Part shown: positions 28,871 through 33,114 of the stretch, piece by piece
Position numbering within the stretch: the stretch's first letter is position 1
How the letters are laid out: every line of letters starts with the position of its first letter
IMG/VR virus record: IMGVR_UViG_3300044984_003256
Coordinates: 1 to 33,114 of that record
Direction: 5' to 3' (one strand)
Length of the DNA stretch: 33,114 nt
Source: a virus
Taxonomy: Duplodnaviria; Caudoviricetes
The notes under the pieces: model-generated
What the model was told of the DNA's origin: nothing
Seen by the model: only the letters and a program-made list of their open reading frames with translations
Database searches by the model: none
Program-made: the position numbers and the translations under genes

Positions 28871-29107
28871 TTAGCGGGAACGCGTATTTTGCAGACGGTA
28901 GAAGGTACGACCCTTCTTAGTCTCACGAACCACGTCCATACGATGACCGAAGGTGTCAAATGCTTCACGAAGATCGCTCATCGTAGCACGGACATTTCGA
29001 ATCTTGAACATGGATCGTGCCTTGCCCTCAGTCAGAGTATTTCCCCGTGACATATAGTTGCAAACACGCTGAATCTTAGTCGGACGCTTGATATTAGTAA
29101 CATTCAT
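28871..29107 (-). CDS. small basic winged helix-turn-helix protein
   Basis: LT..KA...F.I.NVRA.MSDLR...G......G...YRL pattern. Start reassigned to ATG 29107, which has SD AGAAAGG and a promoter at 29132-29160. Confidence 0.7.
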   Translation of the reverse strand: MNVTNIKRPTKIQRVCNYMSRGNTLTEGKARSMFKIRNVRATMSDLREAFDTFGHRMDVVRETKKGRTFYRLQNTRSR

Positions 29108-29131
29108 AGTAGTAACCTTTCTATATTGCAT

Positions 29132-29160
29132 ATTATAATACAAATTAAGGGTATTGTCAA
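29132..29160 (-). promoter_or_regulatory. sigma70 promoter TTGACA-17-TATAAT
   Basis: Perfect consensus read directly from the sequence. Confidence 0.85.
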
Positions 29161-29207
29161 GCCCCTATTTTAATAAAAAAAATATTGTCTTTTAGGGCAT
29201 TTTTATT

Positions 29208-29215
29208 CATAAATA
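29208..29215 (+). promoter_or_regulatory. late promoter-like box CATAAATA
   Basis: Precedes GGAGG SD (29224-29228) and ATG 29239. Confidence 0.5.
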
Positions 29216-29238
29216 GTTCTAACGGAGGCTCCTACGCC

Positions 29239-29835
29239 ATGACTCACAAACACCGTCAGTTTGTCTCCCATGTACGTAAACATTTAAAACTTTACAATGG
29301 AAAATTGGTCATAGGACGCGGTAAAGCGATAAATGTTGAAGGTAGCCGTTGTTCCGGGTGTTTTGATGACAATAACATAATAATTTCTGTAGCTAGAAAA
29401 GCACCAAATTTTTTAGATGTTCTATTACACGAATATTGCCATTTTTTACAATGGATTCAAAAATCAAAAATTTACAATACAGCCGATAGACATTGTTCTA
29501 TTGTAGTTGATTGGTTTGGTGGAAAAGAATATTCAGTTAAAACTATAAAAAAAGCATTTTACTGGGTTCGTAAAATGGAACGTGAATGCGAACAATTTGC
29601 TGTAAAATTAATACATAAGTATGATCTTCCGATTGATAAAAAGAAGTATATCAAGCAAGCAAATTGCTATATCTATACCCATTTTATAATGGAAGAGACA
29701 CGCAAATTTTGGATGTTCAAAAAGAACCCTTATAAGAATAAAGCAGTGCAAAAAACCATGCCTTCAAATTTTAAGGCACAGAGTCATAGCACGCTACCTA
29801 AGAATGTTAGAACAGCCTTATTACGCTGCGTCTAA
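29239..29835 (+). CDS. HEXXH zinc metallopeptidase-like protein (ImmA/IrrE/SprT-like)
   Basis: CSGCF, VLLHEYCHFLQW, downstream ERECE. ATG with GGAGG SD preferred over TTG 29185. Confidence 0.7.
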   Translation: MTHKHRQFVSHVRKHLKLYNGKLVIGRGKAINVEGSRCSGCFDDNNIIISVARKAPNFLDVLLHEYCHFLQWIQKSKIYNTADRHCSIVVDWFGGKEYSVKTIKKAFYWVRKMERECEQFAVKLIHKYDLPIDKKKYIKQANCYIYTHFIMEETRKFWMFKKNPYKNKAVQKTMPSNFKAQSHSTLPKNVRTALLRCV

Positions 29836-30135
29836 TTTTCTTATTTCTTCCCATCTATCTTCTTGAGGAAAATAACCTTTGTGGATAAGTTCGGTGATGA
29901 AATCATCCATCATCCCTAAAACTTCCTTATCCACAGGGCATATTTGCTCCCCGTTCAGATCAATGGGGCCCGTGCCAGATTTAAGTCCATCACAAACTGC
30001 TAGATCGCATTGTTTCACAAGGTCATCTGTATATTCAAGTAGACTAGCTACTTGGTAAAATAGATCCTTACGAGAAGGATCTATTTCTTTGCGAGCCAAC
30101 AAACGGATTTCGTAGGTTAGTTCTGTTATTTTCAT
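29821..30135 (-). CDS. hypothetical protein
   Basis: 104-aa ORF converging on the peptidase gene; ACTAAATA box upstream at 30191-30198. Confidence 0.65.
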   Translation of the reverse strand: MKITELTYEIRLLARKEIDPSRKDLFYQVASLLEYTDDLVKQCDLAVCDGLKSGTGPIDLNGEQICPVDKEVLGMMDDFITELIHKGYFPQEDRWEEIRKLDAA

Positions 30136-30261
30136 ATCAGGCGAAGCGGATACTTTGTATACTGAAAAACAGCAAGTATCTCATCGATAATATTTAGTAA
30201 CTTTATGTCATTTTCTGACAAATTTATTATAATATTTACTGAAGAAGATCTTCATAAAGTT

Positions 30262-30363
30262 GTCTACAATGCCGTCTAGATCCTTGTAGACGTGTCCCAA
30301 GGGTTTATACTCAGAACAGGGCTTTCTTTACCACCAAAGCAGTCTCAATCGATTCTCCACCAA
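30262..30363 (-). ncRNA. candidate structured RNA downstream of tRNA-Gln
   Basis: Consecutive hairpins GCTTT/AAAGC, TGTTCTGAG/CTTGGGACA (G-U pairs favour the minus strand) and GTCTACAA/TTGTAGAC in a GC-richer non-coding stretch. Confidence 0.3.
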
Positions 30364-30434
30364 TTGCCTGATTAGGATTCGAACCTAAACAAAAACCTTC
30401 AAAGGGTTCGGTGCTACCGTTACACCATCAAGCA
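30364..30434 (-). tRNA. trnQ: tRNA-Gln(UUG), CCA not encoded
   Basis: TGCTTGA/TCAGGCA acceptor with U1-A72, D-arm GTG-TAACGGTAG-CAC, anticodon arm GAACC-CTTTGAA-GGTTT, T-arm TTAGG-TTCGAAT-CCTAA. Confidence 0.93.
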
Positions 30435-30450
30435 AAAAAGCCCCAAATTT

Positions 30451-31014
30451 TTATACTCCGAGGCCCAGAGTTTGTGTGATTTTGGAACAATAAGAATTCA
30501 TCAAAATTCCACTAGCAGTACCAACATTAATACTTCGCACAGAACCGTACTGTGGAATATACAAAATATCATTACAGATATTTAAAATTTCTGTTGGTAC
30601 ACCAATTTGTTCTTGTCCAAAAATCATTATGTAATGAATATTTGGATCAAAATCATAAGTACTTACATCCTTAGCAGTAGGAACATTATCAATTCCTATG
30701 AGTCGGATCTGTCCTCCGGTGTCACATGATTTGGATTCAATAAACGATCCAAAATCATCAATAGTTCGTACATGACGAAAATTGGTATAATGATGAGTGC
30801 CAACAGTGCCGCGCCTATCATATTTTTTGTTGCCATAGATAATTACTTCTTTCGCAAGAAACGCATTAGCGTTGCGTATAACGGTGGCAATATTAAAATC
30901 ATTGCCAATATTACAACAGACAACTGAATAATTAAAACGCTTATCGTCCAAATCGGATAATATCGCATCATGCTCCCAATAATGGTAATGATCAATTATG
31001 TTACGTGTTTCCAT
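30451..31014 (-). CDS. SpoU/TrmH-family (SPOUT) RNA 2'-O-methyltransferase
   Basis: Motif 1 NIGNDFNIATVIRNANAF, motif 2 IFGQEQIGV, motif 3 YIPQYGSVRSINVGTASGI. Confidence 0.92.
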   Translation of the reverse strand: METRNIIDHYHYWEHDAILSDLDDKRFNYSVVCCNIGNDFNIATVIRNANAFLAKEVIIYGNKKYDRRGTVGTHHYTNFRHVRTIDDFGSFIESKSCDTGGQIRLIGIDNVPTAKDVSTYDFDPNIHYIMIFGQEQIGVPTEILNICNDILYIPQYGSVRSINVGTASGILMNSYCSKITQTLGLGV

Positions 31015-31017
31015 TGG

Positions 31018-31398
31018 TCAATCCTCTAGTTTAAGAATTCCGTCATCACTTGTATAAAAGATATCATGAAAAATATCAGCACACCATTTGTGACATATTG
31101 GACATGGTTTAGCATTTCTATAAACACCAAACCTATTAAATCTAAAATTAAGAAGGACTAATTTTTTATCACGATAACTTCTTGGGATTTTTCTGAATGC
31201 ATCTAACTCAGAATGCATCTCAGGATACCTATACCCAAGTTTTACACTTTGTGGATGAGTCTTATACTCATTCTGACCAATAGCAACAATTTCTTTTTTG
31301 TACAAAATAATAGAAATATGTTTCTTTTGTCTTTCCATTGCCATTGATATAGGTTTGGCAATAGGAACATAAAGTTTAGTTATCGTGTTTATATCCAA
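31018..31398 (-). CDS. zinc-dependent cytidine/deoxycytidylate deaminase-fold protein
   Basis: H.S.I....IVAIG.N, HSELDA (HxE), AKPCPIC (PCxxC), IFYT. Confidence 0.85.
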   Translation of the reverse strand: MDINTITKLYVPIAKPISMAMERQKKHISIILYKKEIVAIGQNEYKTHPQSVKLGYRYPEMHSELDAFRKIPRSYRDKKLVLLNFRFNRFGVYRNAKPCPICHKWCADIFHDIFYTSDDGILKLED

Positions 31399-31399
31399 T

Positions 31400-31699
31400 T
31401 TAATCCATCGTCAACTTTAACTTCGAAGACTTCGAAGGAGCAACGATTCCTTTGTTAAGATTAGCATCATATTGATTCTTCAGTGCAGCTACTGGGCTTA
31501 CATGAAAAACAATAAATGATTTTGGAATAGTAACACCTTGGGAAATATCCGTATACATCATCCAAGGCATCATACCAATTTGCCCCTGTTCCATTGGAAT
31601 TAAAACTGCTGGGTCTTTAAAGACATAGCCTGTTTCGGTTTCTTCGTATCGAGTCAAAATTTCTTCGCCTGAGTTTAGTCTAAATAGTTGAACGTTCAT
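31400..31699 (-). CDS. Sm-like (LSm fold) protein, paralog of 21496..21789
   Basis: LFRLNSGEEIL...KDPAVL....IGMMPWMMY...YD.....GIVAP pattern. Confidence 0.7.
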   Translation of the reverse strand: MNVQLFRLNSGEEILTRYEETETGYVFKDPAVLIPMEQGQIGMMPWMMYTDISQGVTIPKSFIVFHVSPVAALKNQYDANLNKGIVAPSKSSKLKLTMD

Positions 31700-31718
31700 T
31701 GTATGTTTCCTTTGTCAT

Positions 31719-31746
31719 ATTATACCATGAACTGCAACAAAGTCAA
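31719..31746 (-). promoter_or_regulatory. sigma70-type promoter TTGACT-16-TATAAT (TG-extended -10)
   Basis: Upstream of the Sm-like/deaminase/SpoU/tRNA run, followed by SD AAAGGA. Confidence 0.65.
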
Positions 31747-31756
31747 AGGTTAATAT

Positions 31757-32422
31757 ATGCTAAGATTTAAACAATTTTTGCTTGAAGATACTGGCGAAGT
31801 AAAACAACCAGCTAAGACATATCATGAAAAATTTTATAGTAAATTAGAAAAAGAATTTGGAAAAGAATATCCAATAATTATAGGTGCAGCAGAACGCAAT
31901 GGTATTAACAAAGAAGATTATGATGGTATAGCAATGTTAGGTGCAATACGACGAGCAGAAAATGGTAGACAGGGTCGAGAATTTGGGGTATTATCGCCAA
32001 AAGCAATGGGACAACCAGGAGATACTCCTGAAATGTCTTTAGATCGTCAGGCTGGTTGGGCTGCGGCTTCTATTTTGTCAAATAGAAAACGTTACGAAGC
32101 ATCTGATAAAAAAGTACCCTTTGAAGATTTTATGGGAGCCCGATGGGCACCACCAAATGTTGCAAACGATCCAACTAATTTAAACCAAAATTGGGCTGGT
32201 AATGTTAAAAAGTTTAAAAGCGGATTTTTAAATTGTGAAGATGGAGTATGTACACCAGTAACAGAACCCAAGCCTGTTGCACAAACTCCTATTAAACCAA
32301 TAGAACCACCAAAAGTAGAACCAGTAGTAACTCCAAAAGTTACACCAATTCAAGACCCCAATAGTCCAATTATTCCACCATTATTAAACGAGCCACCTAA
32401 ACAGAAAGGGAAGCGACGGTAA
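31757..32422 (+). CDS. lysozyme/lytic transglycosylase-like protein with FKQFLLE N-terminus and Pro-rich tail
   Basis: AAERNGI...LGAIRRAENG...EFGV...QAGWAA...RWAP...N.NW..NV resembles the SLT/lysozyme-superfamily core. Confidence 0.5.
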   Translation: MLRFKQFLLEDTGEVKQPAKTYHEKFYSKLEKEFGKEYPIIIGAAERNGINKEDYDGIAMLGAIRRAENGRQGREFGVLSPKAMGQPGDTPEMSLDRQAGWAAASILSNRKRYEASDKKVPFEDFMGARWAPPNVANDPTNLNQNWAGNVKKFKSGFLNCEDGVCTPVTEPKPVAQTPIKPIEPPKVEPVVTPKVTPIQDPNSPIIPPLLNEPPKQKGKRR

Positions 32423-32894
32423 ACCACATAGGTTCATTTCCTAACTTCCACTTAGCAAATTTAGCTTTCTCTCCAAGATAATACGCACGGTATGCGGTTA
32501 CCCCATCAACGTTCTTGTATTGTTCTGGCATTGCTTGTGCAAAGTCAGTACAAATAGTATTTGGGAGATTGCTTGGTGCATTTTTAGTAAACCAATATGC
32601 CATATCAGTAGATTTATGGATTTTACCATAATAACGACTACTATATTCATTTGTTAATTCAAATGTGTGATTTGCTAACCAATAATAATTTGATTTAGAT
32701 GCTCTTGCCCAAATAGTACATGGGTGATTATGAAAACATGGTTTGTACAATTTTATTTTATTATCTTGTACAATATCCAAAGAATGAACTGTTGAAAGCA
32801 TTTGACAACCTTCAAGAATCATTTTTACGACGTGTTTGTCACACATCATTTGAGCAGCAATAAGAGGATCTTTATCTAAAGCAAAAATATTCAT
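32397..32894 (-). CDS. pyrimidine dimer DNA glycosylase-like (DenV/Pyr_excise family)
   Basis: MNIFALD..P..AA..CDKHVVKMILE..QMLST, HNHPCTIWAR, FAQAMP, AYRAYY..EK..FAKW. Confidence 0.8.
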   Translation of the reverse strand: MNIFALDKDPLIAAQMMCDKHVVKMILEGCQMLSTVHSLDIVQDNKIKLYKPCFHNHPCTIWARASKSNYYWLANHTFELTNEYSSRYYGKIHKSTDMAYWFTKNAPSNLPNTICTDFAQAMPEQYKNVDGVTAYRAYYLGEKAKFAKWKLGNEPMWFTVASLSV

Positions 32895-33114
32895 ATTTCA
32901 TTCTCTTCAAAAATATTGTTGATAGTACGATTCACTTTCACCATTGTACCATTGATGTATAAAGAAGGCAAATCAAAAGCACCAACATAAGAACAAGCCG
33001 AGCGCAAACCACCAAGAATTTCTTGTATCGTATTGTATACAGGTCCACGGTAAGGAACCTCCACTGTACGTCCCTCTGACGCACGATATGTGGACAGCCC
33101 ACCATTGTATTTTT
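32891..33114 (-). CDS. guaC: GMP reductase, C-terminal fragment (runs off window)
   Basis: Manual translation gives KYNGGLSTYRASEGRTVEVPYRGPVYNTIQEILGGLRSACSYVGA, the GuaC C-terminal signature. ATGA overlap with the next gene. Confidence 0.85.
   Translation of the reverse strand, partial: KYNGGLSTYRASEGRTVEVPYRGPVYNTIQEILGGLRSACSYVGAFDLPSLYINGTMVKVNRTINNIFEENEI

Noticed and set aside
28838-29050. Plus-strand 70-aa ORF
   Set aside because: Antisense to the winged-helix gene, which has a promoter, SD and terminator.
29108-29238. N-terminal extensions of ORFs 28871..29143 and 29185..29835
   Set aside because: The extensions overlap promoter elements; downstream ATGs (29107, 29239) have clear SD sequences.
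30255-30295. GTCTACAA/TTGTAGAC(AAC) palindrome reminiscent of a type V CRISPR repeat
   Set aside because: Single copy, no repeat-spacer periodicity and no cas gene in the window.
1-33114. Stop-codon reassignment
   Set aside because: Conserved genes are intact and densely packed under the standard code.

Overview
AT-rich segment of a large T4-like (Tevenvirinae/Kyanoviridae-like superfamily) myovirus genome, read in the standard genetic code. The left 17.7 kb is the virion morphogenesis module. On the minus strand it carries gp48, gp53, a two-part hub-like pair, gp25, a short gp6, a gp7/gpI-like protein, a Cys-rich ORF, gp13, gp14, gp15, gp16, gp17, a divergent gp18, two gp19 paralogs and the start of portal gp20. 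On the plus strand it carries gp4, a gp54-like gene, gp26, gp51 and a Pro-rich ORF. Next come gp32 and gp33, then putative virion proteins including a 2124-aa cysteine-rich protein with an RCC1-like propeller. The right-hand accessory region holds a winged-helix protein, a HEXXH peptidase, tRNA-Gln(UUG), a SpoU methyltransferase, a Zn deaminase, an Sm-like protein, a lysozyme-like protein, a pyrimidine-dimer glycosylase and the 3' end of guaC. Late promoters use mostly a variant (C)CTAAATA box; several near-perfect sigma70 promoters drive small early genes. The most unusual points are: the giant Cys-rich RCC1 protein and its CGC companions; a remodelled baseplate and tail; a dispersed G-x-[ST]-[GA] motif in virion proteins; and a co-oriented cassette of Sm-like gene, deaminase, SpoU, tRNA and a structured RNA. 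All assignments rest on motif recognition and synteny; no database searches were run.
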